A DNA stretch of 64,000 bases, taken from the NCBI GenBank assembly GCA_038207335.1, contig JBBQZX010000005.1, forward strand, positions 1 to 64,000, written 5' to 3'. This document shows, in pieces, positions 20,343-29,164 of this stretch. The DNA comes from Chthoniobacterales bacterium (GTDB lineage: Bacteria > Verrucomicrobiota > Verrucomicrobiia > Chthoniobacterales > Chthoniobacteraceae). The notes under the pieces are model-generated. The model did not search any database and had not been told where the DNA came from. It saw nothing but the letters and a program-made list of their open reading frames with translations. Every line of letters begins with the position of its first letter. Position 1 is the stretch's first letter. A program made the translations under genes and the position numbers.

Positions 20343-20837
20343 ATGGCCGCAAAAAAGCCCTCACTTTCACCCGAAGAAGCCGATCCAAAACGGCTTCCGC
20401 CTCTGCTGCGCCGCGCGTGGTATGGGCTCAATCAATCCTTTCGCCAGCGCGTGTCGCATCTCGAGTTGACGCCTGATCAATTCAGCATCCTGCGCTGGCT
20501 GACGGAGGGCGATCCGCAGGGGATGACGCAGCGCGCGCTGACCGACCTGATGGCCAGCGACCCGAATACGATCACCTCGACGCTCTCACGGATGGAGGCC
20601 GCGGGCCTCGTGTCGCGGCGCGCGCATGAGGTCGATCGGCGGGCACGGCGGGTGCGGGTTTTGGCGGCGGGAAAGCGGATATTTGAGCGCGCGAAAAAGG
20701 TCGCGCTGGAGCTGCAGGAGCAGGTGCTCGAAGCGCTGCCTGTGTCTCGCCGGGAGAAATTTTTGAAAGAGCTGGGGACAATCGCCGACGCGTGCGCGGC
20801 GGCGGGGGAAAAGGCGGCGAAGAAACGACTCAGGTAG
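20343..20837 (+). CDS. MarR family transcriptional regulator
   Basis: Start trimmed to ATG 20343; LELTPDQFSILRWL...MTQRALTDLMASDPNTITSTLSRMEAAGLVSRRAHEVDRRARRVRV..GK. Confidence 0.92.
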   Translation: MAAKKPSLSPEEADPKRLPPLLRRAWYGLNQSFRQRVSHLELTPDQFSILRWLTEGDPQGMTQRALTDLMASDPNTITSTLSRMEAAGLVSRRAHEVDRRARRVRVLAAGKRIFERAKKVALELQEQVLEALPVSRREKFLKELGTIADACAAAGEKAAKKRLR

Positions 20838-20849
20838 GGGGGGTGGCGC

Positions 20850-23558
20850 TCAGTCGTCGTCTTCCACTTTGCTCACGGCCCACGCGGGATACGGGACGGA
20901 TGTGCCTTTCACTGCGCGCCAGAGGATGCGATTGAGCACGTCTTCGTTGCATTTGTCGGGCTCGCTGAGCGGGAGTTTCGCGGAGAGGATCGCGTCTTTT
21001 CGGAGCTGCTTGTCGGCGATTTGTTTGGGCTCAGGATTGAGTGTCGTGAGCGGCGTCTGATTTGGCACGGACGTGAATGGGGTGAGGTCCGCTGTGTCCG
21101 TGAAGCAGTCGCTCATCGGCGTCGCGCTCGCGTCCATGGTATTCATTGGCGGCATCCCGAGCATCAGCTCGATCGTGCGAACGAGGCTCGTGTTGTTGTA
21201 TTGCGTGCCGATGACTTTACCGCGCTTCGTGTAGGCGCTCGCGACATAAGCCGTCGTGCGATAGCCGCTTACATGATCCGCGCCATTCTGAGGATCGTCC
21301 TCAATCGCGAAGATGCAGGTGTCTTTCCAAAATGCGCTGTGGCTGATCGCTTCGACGATTCGGCCAAACGCCAGGTCGTTGTCAGCGACCTGAGCCGCGG
21401 GCTTCGGAACGCCAGCTTTCGCGCCGCCCGTGTGGTCATTCGGGAGCGCCATGATCATGAGTTGCGGCATCTCGCCTTTTTTCTCGAACTGCTTCAGTTC
21501 CTTGATGAACTCCGCAGCGCGGATCACATCGGGCACATTCAGATCCCAGCCGACGGTGTCGAGTTTTGAAAAGGGGCGCATTGTCTCGATCCCGGGCTTG
21601 CAGCGGATCGCAGTCAGGTTCGTTTCGTCGGTGAGATCGCCGAGATAATCCTTCCACGCCGGCTTGCCCTTTTTGGATTTATCCGCCCACCCGGATTCCG
21701 AGACGCACGCTTCGCCGTAGTTCCGCAGTGTCACTTTGTGCGCGATCGCATTGTCCCAGATGAAGCCCGCGGGCGAGTATGCGAGCGCGTCCATCGAATC
21801 GTCGGTCTTGAGATTCGGGTAGCTGCGTGGCCATCCCGCGTGCTGGCGCTCGACGTAATCCGTGCTGATCGCGCTGTCCGTCCACTGGTGCCCGTCGGCG
21901 CTCTGGATGCCGCTGCAATACGTGTTGTCCAGAAGCACGAAATCGCGCGAGAGCTTGTGCTGGTTGGGTGTTACCTTTTCTCCGAAAAGTGTGAGGCTCG
22001 CGTCGCCATTGCCGGCTTTCATGTCGCCGAGGATTTGGTCGTAAGTGCGGTTTTCCTTGATGATGTAGAGGACATGCTTGAAGATGCTCGGCTCGCCGAC
22101 CCTCTCTGGTACAGGCTTTGCGGGCTGCCCGTCCCGCGGTGGGAGCGATGCCGCCTGGATCACGGGATGCCGCATATTTGCGAGGGCGAGTGCGTTTTCG
22201 ACCCCGAGGTCTTTTTCTGATGGCACCGGCACTAACGACAGCGTGCCAAAGTAATCCTTCGAGTTGTACTTTACTTTTTCGCCCGGCTTGAAGCGCTTGG
22301 TCGAGCCGATGCCCTTGATATTCGCGACGCAGATTTGCTTGTGCGCTGCGTCGAAAGCGACCGCGCCCGGAAACCAGCCGACAGGGATGAGCCCGAGCAG
22401 CTTCGAGCCGACGTCGCCCGCGGGGTCGAACTTGATGAGCCCGACCGCGTTCTGCGTGGCGTTGCAGACCATGATCCACTTCCCGGTCTTGTCGAAAGTC
22501 AGAGCGTTCGGCATCGCGCCAAACAATCCCGCCGGTTCACGCGCCCAGATTTTCTCCACGAGCTTGTCGGTCTTCGTCTCGATGACGCTGAGCGTGTCGC
22601 TACCCGCATTTGCCACGACGACGTGTTTTTCATCCGGCGACGCGGCGAGCGCGGAGGCGTGCAACTCGACGAGGATTTCGCGTCCCACCGCGCCTGTTTT
22701 CAAGTCGATGACCGACACGCTCCCTTCGCTTGCGATGCTGCGCACCGCATCGACGCGCACGACCGTGCCTCGGCCCGCGGGCCCTGTCAGGTCGCCTTTC
22801 CCCGGGCGGCGCCCGCCCCAGTTGCTGACGTATGCCTTGCCCTCCGCGAGCGCGACATCGAACGGCGCGACACCCACCTCCCAGGTCCGCGTGACCATGT
22901 CCGTCGCCGTGTCGATTTCGGCGAGTTTGTTCGCGAGATTCAGCGCCACGTAGAGCAGCCGTCCATCACGCGACATCGCGAGCCCCGCCGGGATCGCCTG
23001 CTTGCGTTTCGGCGCCTTTGCGTCGGGCAGCGAGAGCGTCTTCAGCGGCGCGACTTTCCCGGTTTTCTCGACGGTGAAAACTTTGATGTCGCCGTTCACA
23101 TTCGAGAGAAATATGCGCTGCCCATCCGGCGAAAAAATGAGGCCCGTGAAGCTGAGTTGAGCGCCGGTGTCGGGCTTGGTCTGCGTGCCCGCCGTCTCCG
23201 CAGGCTTCTCGAGTTCCGCGACCGTCGATTCCGGCGGCGGGAGTTTTCCGGGAAAAGCGACGCGCTGCAAAATCGCCCCGGTCTTCGCGTCGAGGACGAC
23301 GAGTTCCGCGGTCTTTCCCGAAGTGACGAGCAGCCGCCCATCCGGGCTAATGGCAATCGCCTGCGGGCGCATCCCCGGCAGCTCGACCTGGATGCCGGCG
23401 GGCGTGAGGATTTGATTCGTGGGCGTGGAGTAGCGATTCGGTGCGAGCTTGCCGACTTTGTCTTTCGTGAAAGCGACAGGCGCATCCGCTCCAAACGCCA
23501 GCGGGGCGATGAGCGCAAAGATGCCGGGGAGAAAAAACGAGCGGGACGCGGGGGACAT
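20850..23558 (-). CDS. YVTN/YncE beta-propeller fused to a phosphoesterase (alkaline phosphatase superfamily)
   Basis: Signal peptide from ATG 23558; propeller blades (VGVAPFDV, VVANAGSDTLSVI, IPVGWFPGAV); phosphoesterase motifs HVLYIIKENRTYDQILGD, SADGHQW, LPNDHT, IEDDPQNGADHV. Confidence 0.88.
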   Translation of the reverse strand: MSPASRSFFLPGIFALIAPLAFGADAPVAFTKDKVGKLAPNRYSTPTNQILTPAGIQVELPGMRPQAIAISPDGRLLVTSGKTAELVVLDAKTGAILQRVAFPGKLPPPESTVAELEKPAETAGTQTKPDTGAQLSFTGLIFSPDGQRIFLSNVNGDIKVFTVEKTGKVAPLKTLSLPDAKAPKRKQAIPAGLAMSRDGRLLYVALNLANKLAEIDTATDMVTRTWEVGVAPFDVALAEGKAYVSNWGGRRPGKGDLTGPAGRGTVVRVDAVRSIASEGSVSVIDLKTGAVGREILVELHASALAASPDEKHVVVANAGSDTLSVIETKTDKLVEKIWAREPAGLFGAMPNALTFDKTGKWIMVCNATQNAVGLIKFDPAGDVGSKLLGLIPVGWFPGAVAFDAAHKQICVANIKGIGSTKRFKPGEKVKYNSKDYFGTLSLVPVPSEKDLGVENALALANMRHPVIQAASLPPRDGQPAKPVPERVGEPSIFKHVLYIIKENRTYDQILGDMKAGNGDASLTLFGEKVTPNQHKLSRDFVLLDNTYCSGIQSADGHQWTDSAISTDYVERQHAGWPRSYPNLKTDDSMDALAYSPAGFIWDNAIAHKVTLRNYGEACVSESGWADKSKKGKPAWKDYLGDLTDETNLTAIRCKPGIETMRPFSKLDTVGWDLNVPDVIRAAEFIKELKQFEKKGEMPQLMIMALPNDHTGGAKAGVPKPAAQVADNDLAFGRIVEAISHSAFWKDTCIFAIEDDPQNGADHVSGYRTTAYVASAYTKRGKVIGTQYNNTSLVRTIELMLGMPPMNTMDASATPMSDCFTDTADLTPFTSVPNQTPLTTLNPEPKQIADKQLRKDAILSAKLPLSEPDKCNEDVLNRILWRAVKGTSVPYPAWAVSKVEDDD

Positions 23559-23626
23559 GGGGCGGGAACTGCAAACGCCCGCACGCCTGCTTGTCAAATA
23601 CGCGGGCGGCACGTGAGAGCCGCGAG

Positions 23627-24625
23627 TCAGCGACTCGCGCGGCGGCTGCGGCGCGAGAAGAGCGTGAGCATTCCGGCGCAGCCGAGGAGAAATGTGGAGG
23701 GCTCGGGGGTGGCGATGATCGCGCTGATTTGGGGGGAGTAGCTGGCGAGGTCGATTGAGTAGGTGTTGTTATCGACGGTCATGCTGTTGGCAGGCTGGCC
23801 GCCGAATGCGTCGGTCGTGTCTGTGAGACCCGCGAGGCGCCATGTGCCGGCGACATTCACGAATACGCCGCTGCCGGAATCGTAGAGCGCCGCACCTGTC
23901 TCGAAGGCCGTCGCGGCGTCGCGTGAGGCTGGGAGATTCGGGTGCCGCGTGCTGCTGAAATCGGTGGCGAGGGCGTTGTCGCCGGCGACGGTCTGCGTGG
24001 CGATCGGGGAGCCGCCGCTCGTGGTGGAGCCGGCGGCGGTCGTGCCCCAGATGAGATTCGTGCCCCACGTTTTTGCCTGCGTGGCCCACGGATATACGCG
24101 CACGCTCACCGCCGCGTCATCGATCACCGTCGTGGGCCACGGATTGCCCGTCGCAATGTAAAGCGCGGTCGTCGAGAAGGTGTCTCCGAGCCCGATGTAA
24201 GTGACCGCTGTGCCGACTGCCGGCGTGGCGGTCGCGAGCGGGATGCCCGTCGCGCCGTATCCGTCAGGCAGATTTCCGAGCCCGTCGGGGTCGAGTTGCG
24301 CGAGGAAGATGTCGTGCGCGCCGAATTGCGTGCCGTTGCCACTCCATAAGTGCGTCACGCCGGCGATCGTGAGGCTGAAAACGATCTTGCTCGGGTCGGA
24401 TCCGCGATAGACGTGGTTCGCCGTGATGATCCAGCCGTTGCCGAGGTATTCGCCCGTCGAGTCGCCCGCCGCGCCCACATTTTCCCACAGCGAGATCGGG
24501 GCGAAAGTGGGGTCGCTCGCGCTATTCGCGGCGGTGCCGCTCGGCGTGATCAACGCATGCGCGGGGAGGGCGGCGGCGAGGAGGAGCGCCGCGAAAATGA
24601 GGGAGTTGTGCTTCGGGAGAAACAT
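23627..24625 (-). CDS. PEP-CTERM-sorted trypsin-like serine protease domain protein
   Basis: Signal peptide; triad-like motifs GNGWIITANHV, HDIFLAQL, LYDSGSGVF; C-terminal TPEPSTFLLGCAGMLTLFSRRSRR (PEP, TM, Arg cluster). Confidence 0.82.
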   Translation of the reverse strand: MFLPKHNSLIFAALLLAAALPAHALITPSGTAANSASDPTFAPISLWENVGAAGDSTGEYLGNGWIITANHVYRGSDPSKIVFSLTIAGVTHLWSGNGTQFGAHDIFLAQLDPDGLGNLPDGYGATGIPLATATPAVGTAVTYIGLGDTFSTTALYIATGNPWPTTVIDDAAVSVRVYPWATQAKTWGTNLIWGTTAAGSTTSGGSPIATQTVAGDNALATDFSSTRHPNLPASRDAATAFETGAALYDSGSGVFVNVAGTWRLAGLTDTTDAFGGQPANSMTVDNNTYSIDLASYSPQISAIIATPEPSTFLLGCAGMLTLFSRRSRRASR

Positions 24626-24633
24626 GGCGCGCG

Positions 24634-24662
24634 CCAGTAGCCTCGAGGGTGCGCGGTGTCAA
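24634..24662 (-). promoter_or_regulatory. Sigma70-like promoter of the PEP-CTERM gene (near-leaderless)
   Basis: TTGACA-17 nt-TACTGG-8 nt-ATG; the -35 hexamer contains the hemB TGA stop. Confidence 0.5.
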
Positions 24663-25645
24663 CTTTCGCGGAGCCAATCCGCGAGCTGCCTCGCCCAATA
24701 AGTCACGATCAGGTCCGCCCCCGCGCGCTTGAACGACAGCATCTGCTCAAGCACCGCGGCGCGTTCATCGAGCCAACCATTTGCCGCCGCGGCTTTGAGC
24801 ATCGCGTACTCGCCTGAGACATTGTAAGCGGCCGTCGGCAGCCCGAAGCGCTCCTTCACGCGCCACACGATGTCGAGATACGGCAGCCCTGGCTTCACCA
24901 TCACCATGTCCGCGCCCTCCTCCACATCGAGCGCCACTTCCCGCAGCGCCTCCAGCGCGTTCGCGCCATCCATCTGATACGTCCGCCGGTCGCCCGCACT
25001 CGGCGCGCTCTCCGCCGCATCCCGGAACGGCCCGTAAAATGCCGACGCGAATTTCGCCGCGTAGCTCATGATCGGCGTGCCGGTAAAATCCGACGCGTCG
25101 AGCCCCGCGCGGATCGCTCCGACGCGCCCATCCATCATGTCGCTCGGTGCCACGATGTCCGCGCCCGCTGCGGCGTGCGATACCGCCGTTTTCACGAGCA
25201 GTTCGACCGACGCGTCATTGTGCACATGCACTCGGTCGCCGTGAAAATCCGCGATGCCGCAGTGCCCGTGGCTCATGAATTCGCAGAGGCACACATCCGT
25301 GATGACGATCAGTTCAGGACAAGCCTCTTTCAGCGCGCGCACCGCCCGCTGCACGATCCCATTTTCCGCAAAAGCCTGCGTCGCGCGCTCGTCCTTCACC
25401 GCCGGGATGCCGAAGAGCAAAACGCTGGAGATACCCGCTGCATGAGCATCCGCGGCCTCCATCACGAGTTCTTCGAGCGAAAGTTGCGCGACTCCCGGCA
25501 TACTCGCGACCGGCACACGCCCGCTGATTTTCTCGCTCACAAAAAGCGGCAAAATGAGATCGCGCACCGCGACCGAATGCTCCCGCACGAGCGTGCGAAT
25601 CGCGGGCGAAGAGCGCATGCGCCGGGGACGCCGTGGAAGATTCAT
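24659..25645 (-). CDS. hemB: Porphobilinogen synthase (ALA dehydratase), Zn-type
   Basis: Start trimmed to ATG 25645 (MNLPRRPRRMR). DVCLCEFMSHGHCG, APSDMMDGRV, MSYAAKFASAFYGPFRDAA, MVKPGLPYLD, AYNVSGEYAM. Confidence 0.97.
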   Translation of the reverse strand: MNLPRRPRRMRSSPAIRTLVREHSVAVRDLILPLFVSEKISGRVPVASMPGVAQLSLEELVMEAADAHAAGISSVLLFGIPAVKDERATQAFAENGIVQRAVRALKEACPELIVITDVCLCEFMSHGHCGIADFHGDRVHVHNDASVELLVKTAVSHAAAGADIVAPSDMMDGRVGAIRAGLDASDFTGTPIMSYAAKFASAFYGPFRDAAESAPSAGDRRTYQMDGANALEALREVALDVEEGADMVMVKPGLPYLDIVWRVKERFGLPTAAYNVSGEYAMLKAAAANGWLDERAAVLEQMLSFKRAGADLIVTYWARQLADWLRES

Positions 25646-25653
25646 GGAGGCGG

Positions 25654-25682
25654 AGGGTAGCGACGGGGCGAGGGCGCGGCAA
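25654..25682 (-). promoter_or_regulatory. Sigma70-like promoter of hemB (near-leaderless)
   Basis: TTGCCG-17 nt-TACCCT-8 nt-ATG; no Shine-Dalgarno. Confidence 0.55.
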
Positions 25683-25762
25683 GGCGGGGGAGGGGAATGC
25701 CTCGCAGCACCCACTTGTCCCCGCCCTTCCCAACACCCGCCCGCCGCGATAAGTCCCATCTC

Positions 25763-26512
25763 ATGCCCGCCCGCGAAGCCGAGTTTCTGCTCATCGACAA
25801 CAGCAACTCCTTCACAAAATTCGCCCTCTCCACGCGCGACGATTTGCTCTCCACGCGCAAGCTCCTCACTCGCGAAATCACCGCTGCCACCCTCGCGCAA
25901 ACCCTCCGCGGATGGGCCTTTCCGGCCGCCGTGCTCTCCTCCGTCGTGCCGGAAAAAGGCGAACTCATCGCGCAATTCCTCGCCCCGATCCCCACCCTCC
26001 GAGTCGGCGCGAAAATCCAGCTCGGCGTGGGCATCGATTACCCAAAGCCGCGCTCCATCGGCGCCGACCGCCTCGCAAATGCCGCCGCCGCCGCCTCCTT
26101 TTTCGGAGCGCCGGTTGTCGTCGTCGATTTCGGCACAGCCGTCAGTTTCGACATCATCTCGCGCGAGAGAAAATACGTCGGCGGAGTCATCGCGCCCGGC
26201 CTCGAGGCGATGACCGACTACCTCCACCAGCGCACTGCGCTTTTGCCGAAAATCAGCCTCCTCGAGCCGCCAGCCGCGATCGGAAAATCCACGCGCGCCG
26301 CGATGCTCTCCGGCGCGGTGCATGGCTACCGCGGGCTCGTCCGGCAGATTCTCGTCGAGATCGCTCGCGAGCTTGGCGTGCGGAAAAATCTGCGAGTCGT
26401 GGCCACCGGCGGCTACGCGGAACTCATCGCCGCCGGCCTCCCAGAGATCAAAACCGTCCGTCCCGACCTCACGCTCCAGGGCCTCCGAATCATCGCCACG
26501 CTCAATCTGTAG
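25763..26512 (+). CDS. coaX: Type III pantothenate kinase
   Basis: LLIDNSNSFTK (DxGNT variant), SSVVP, IGADRLANA, VVDFGTAVSFD, GGVIAPG, IGKSTRAAMLSG, VATGG; start trimmed to ATG 25763. Confidence 0.93.
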   Translation: MPAREAEFLLIDNSNSFTKFALSTRDDLLSTRKLLTREITAATLAQTLRGWAFPAAVLSSVVPEKGELIAQFLAPIPTLRVGAKIQLGVGIDYPKPRSIGADRLANAAAAASFFGAPVVVVDFGTAVSFDIISRERKYVGGVIAPGLEAMTDYLHQRTALLPKISLLEPPAAIGKSTRAAMLSGAVHGYRGLVRQILVEIARELGVRKNLRVVATGGYAELIAAGLPEIKTVRPDLTLQGLRIIATLNL

Positions 26513-26537
26513 CCGGGATCGCCGATCCCGCCCACAG
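26507..26537. repeat. GTAG-type REP-like palindrome that supplies the coaX stop codon
   Basis: CTGTAGCCGGGATC-GCC-GATCCCGCCCACAG: 14-bp arms with 2 mismatches; TAG at 26510-26512 ends coaX. Confidence 0.55.
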
Positions 26538-26566
26538 CGCGCGGGCGACGCCGTGAATTTTCCCGT

Positions 26567-26590
26567 TCGTCATCTGCCCGTAACGTCCGT
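26567..26590 (+). promoter_or_regulatory. PHO-box-like direct repeat upstream of the response regulator
   Basis: GTCAT at 26569 and GTAAC at 26580, spaced 11 bp. Confidence 0.5.
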
Positions 26591-26700
26591 GCGCAATCTT
26601 CGCCGATTGTGACGACTGCAATCCGCTGCCACCGAAGGCTCCCCGAGCCACCCCGCACCCTCGCGTGCGTATTCGCAGCGCGTGCATTCGCAGCGGGCAA

Positions 26701-27396
26701 ATGAGCGTCCACACAAAACTGCAGGTATTGGTCGCCGACGACGAGTGTGACGTGTTGAACATGGTCGCCACGAATCTCTCCGGAGCGGGTTTTCTCGTCA
26801 TCAAAGCGCAAGACGGCGCCGAGGCCCTCGAGCGAGCGCGCCGCTTCACGCCGGCGCTCATCATCCTCGACATGATGATGCCGCAGCTCTCCGGCACCGA
26901 GGTCCTGCGCGCCCTCAAAAGCGACGAACGCACCGCCGCCATCCCCGTCCTCATGCTCACTGCGCGAAAAGACGAGATCGACCGCGTCCTTGCATTCGAG
27001 CTCGGCGCTGACGACTACGTCACCAAACCCTTCAGCCCGCGCGAGCTCACGCTGCGGGTGAAAATCATCCTCTCCCGCCGCGAAGAACTCACCGGCGGCA
27101 AGATGCTCAGCGCTGGCGCTTTATCCATCGACCGCGAACGCCATCTTGTCCTCGTCGATGGCGACCCCGTCGATGTCACCGCGATGGAATTCCGCCTCCT
27201 ATCGCTCCTCATGCAGCGCTCCGGCCGTGTCCTCACGCGAGACGAACTCATGGCAAATATCTGGGGCATCGAGACCACGATCGACTCCCGTACCATCGAC
27301 ACGCATCTCCGCCGCCTCCGCGAAAAACTCGGCGCCGTCGCCGACCAAATCCAAACCGTCCGCGGAATCGGCTACCGTCTCAGCGCCGCAAACTGA
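26701..27396 (+). CDS. OmpR/PhoB family response regulator (PhoB-like, no adjacent kinase)
   Basis: REC domain: VADDE, IILDMMMPQLSG, IPVLMLTARKDEIDRVLAFELGADDYVTKPFSPREL. Winged helix: SRTIDTHLRRLREKLG...IQTVRGIGYR. Start trimmed to ATG 26701. Confidence 0.93.
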   Translation: MSVHTKLQVLVADDECDVLNMVATNLSGAGFLVIKAQDGAEALERARRFTPALIILDMMMPQLSGTEVLRALKSDERTAAIPVLMLTARKDEIDRVLAFELGADDYVTKPFSPRELTLRVKIILSRREELTGGKMLSAGALSIDRERHLVLVDGDPVDVTAMEFRLLSLLMQRSGRVLTRDELMANIWGIETTIDSRTIDTHLRRLREKLGAVADQIQTVRGIGYRLSAAN

Positions 27397-27423
27397 ACGG
27401 GACGGGCAGCGAGCGGAGGGCGG

Positions 27424-27469
27424 AAGTCACCAGAACGTAACACGCGTGTCTCCGGGATGTCGTTTTCGA
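27424..27469 (+). promoter_or_regulatory. Array of four PHO-box-like 11-bp direct repeats
   Basis: GTCACcagaac GTAACacgcgt GTCTCcgggat GTCGTtttcga starting at 27426, 27437, 27448 and 27459, ending ~30 nt before ATG 27500. Confidence 0.62.
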
Positions 27470-27499
27470 GCCGCTTAGTAAGCGCTCACAGCCATCCCG

Positions 27500-29152
27500 A
27501 TGTCCCTCGCCTCCACCCTTCGCACATACTTTCGCACCGCGTCTCTCGCGGTTGTGCTGTGCTTTGGTGCGAAAGTGGAGCGCGCAGGCGCAGCCGCGGC
27601 CCCCGCACCAGCAGTCGAGGCCCCGCCCCCCGTCGAGGCCACACCGCCTGCCCCGCCTGAGCGTCCCATTTACATCCAGGAATATCGCGTCTCCGGAGCA
27701 AAGAAGCTCAGCGAACTCGAGGTCGGCGAAGCCGTCTATCCCTACCTCGGCCCTGGTCGCACGAGCGTCGATGTAGAGGGCGCCCGCGCCGCGATCGAGA
27801 AGCTCTACAAAGAAAAAGGCTTCCAGACCGTCTCCGTCGAAACCCCGCAACAGCAGGTCAAACACGGCATCGTCATCTTAAAAGTAGTCGAGGCACCCGT
27901 CGGCCAACTCCGAGTCCACGGTTCGCGATACTTCTCGCTCGCCAATATTAAGAAAGGCGCGCCCTCCGTCGCCGAGGGCAACGTGCCGAACTTCAACGAC
28001 GTCACCCAGGACATCGTAAATCTAAACCAACTCTCCGATCGAAAAATCACCCCGAGCCTGCGCGCAGGAGTCATCCCCGGCACGGTCGATATCGACCTCA
28101 ATGTCAAAGACACCTTCCCGCTCCACGGCAGCGTCGAACTGAACAACCGCTACAGCCCCGATACCGTCCCGCTGCGCCTAAATGCCTCCGTCAGCTACAA
28201 CAATCTCTGGCAACTCGGACACTCCATCGGCGCGAGCTACCAAATCGCGCCCGAGCGTCCGAGCGATGCGAAAGTCTTCTCCGCCTTCTACCTCGCGCGC
28301 TTTCAAAATATCAGTTGGCTAAGTCTCATCCTGCAAGGCACCAAGCAGGACAGCAACGTCTCCACCCTCGGCGGCGCGGCGGTGAATGGACGCGGTCAGA
28401 TCGTGGGCGGTCGTGCGCAATTCACCCTCCCATCCGCAAGCGGCTTCTACCACTCGGTCAGTCTAGGCCTCGACTACAAGCACTTCGATCAGGACATCCT
28501 GCTCGGCACCGCGCTCATCACTTCACCGATCACCTACTACCCGCTGAGCGCGGCCTACAGCGCGGTTTGGTCGGCAAAAGGCGCGATCACCGAACTCAAC
28601 GCTGCCGTCACTTTCAACGTCCGCGGAACAGGCAGCAACCAGCAGGAATTCGAGAACAGCCGATTCCGCTCGGATGGCAACTTCATCTACCTGCGTGGCG
28701 ACCTATCGCATACACATGATCTGCCCGGCGGCTTTGCTGCTTATGGTAAAGTGCAGGGCCAAATTTCCGGCAGTCCGCTCGTCAGCAGCGAGCAGTTCAG
28801 CGGAGGCGGACTCGGCACCGCGCGTGGGTATTTGGAAGGTGAAGTCCCTGGTGACAATGCAGTTTTTGGAACATTGGAGCTTCGCAGTCCTTCACTCCTC
28901 GGCTGGTGGAGCGAGAAGGTCGTCAATGAATGGCGCGTCTATGCCTTTGCCGACGCCGGCTACGTTACGATCAAAGACCCACTGCCCGAGCAAACCGCGC
29001 ACTTTGAACTGGCAAGTGTGGGCATCGGCACACGCATGAGAGTCCTGCAGCGCTTGAATGGCTCACTCGACGCCGGCGTGCCACTCATCGACGGACCGCG
29101 CTCCGCTGCCGGTGACTTCCTCCTGACCTTCCGCCTCTTCACCGATTTCTAA
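27500..29152 (+). CDS. ShlB/FhaC/HecB (TpsB/Omp85) outer-membrane transporter
   Basis: Signal peptide and Pro-rich linker; POTRA-like IQEYRVSG...ARAAIEKLYKEKGFQTVSV; SYNNLWQLGH; loop motif GGLGTARGYLEGE (VRGY-like); terminal Phe. Confidence 0.88.
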   Translation: MSLASTLRTYFRTASLAVVLCFGAKVERAGAAAAPAPAVEAPPPVEATPPAPPERPIYIQEYRVSGAKKLSELEVGEAVYPYLGPGRTSVDVEGARAAIEKLYKEKGFQTVSVETPQQQVKHGIVILKVVEAPVGQLRVHGSRYFSLANIKKGAPSVAEGNVPNFNDVTQDIVNLNQLSDRKITPSLRAGVIPGTVDIDLNVKDTFPLHGSVELNNRYSPDTVPLRLNASVSYNNLWQLGHSIGASYQIAPERPSDAKVFSAFYLARFQNISWLSLILQGTKQDSNVSTLGGAAVNGRGQIVGGRAQFTLPSASGFYHSVSLGLDYKHFDQDILLGTALITSPITYYPLSAAYSAVWSAKGAITELNAAVTFNVRGTGSNQQEFENSRFRSDGNFIYLRGDLSHTHDLPGGFAAYGKVQGQISGSPLVSSEQFSGGGLGTARGYLEGEVPGDNAVFGTLELRSPSLLGWWSEKVVNEWRVYAFADAGYVTIKDPLPEQTAHFELASVGIGTRMRVLQRLNGSLDAGVPLIDGPRSAAGDFLLTFRLFTDF

Positions 29153-29164
29153 GACCCGATCCCG

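Noticed and set aside
25763..25830. coaX inactivation because DxGNT reads DNSNS
   Set aside because: All other motifs and the length are intact; more likely a lineage variant.
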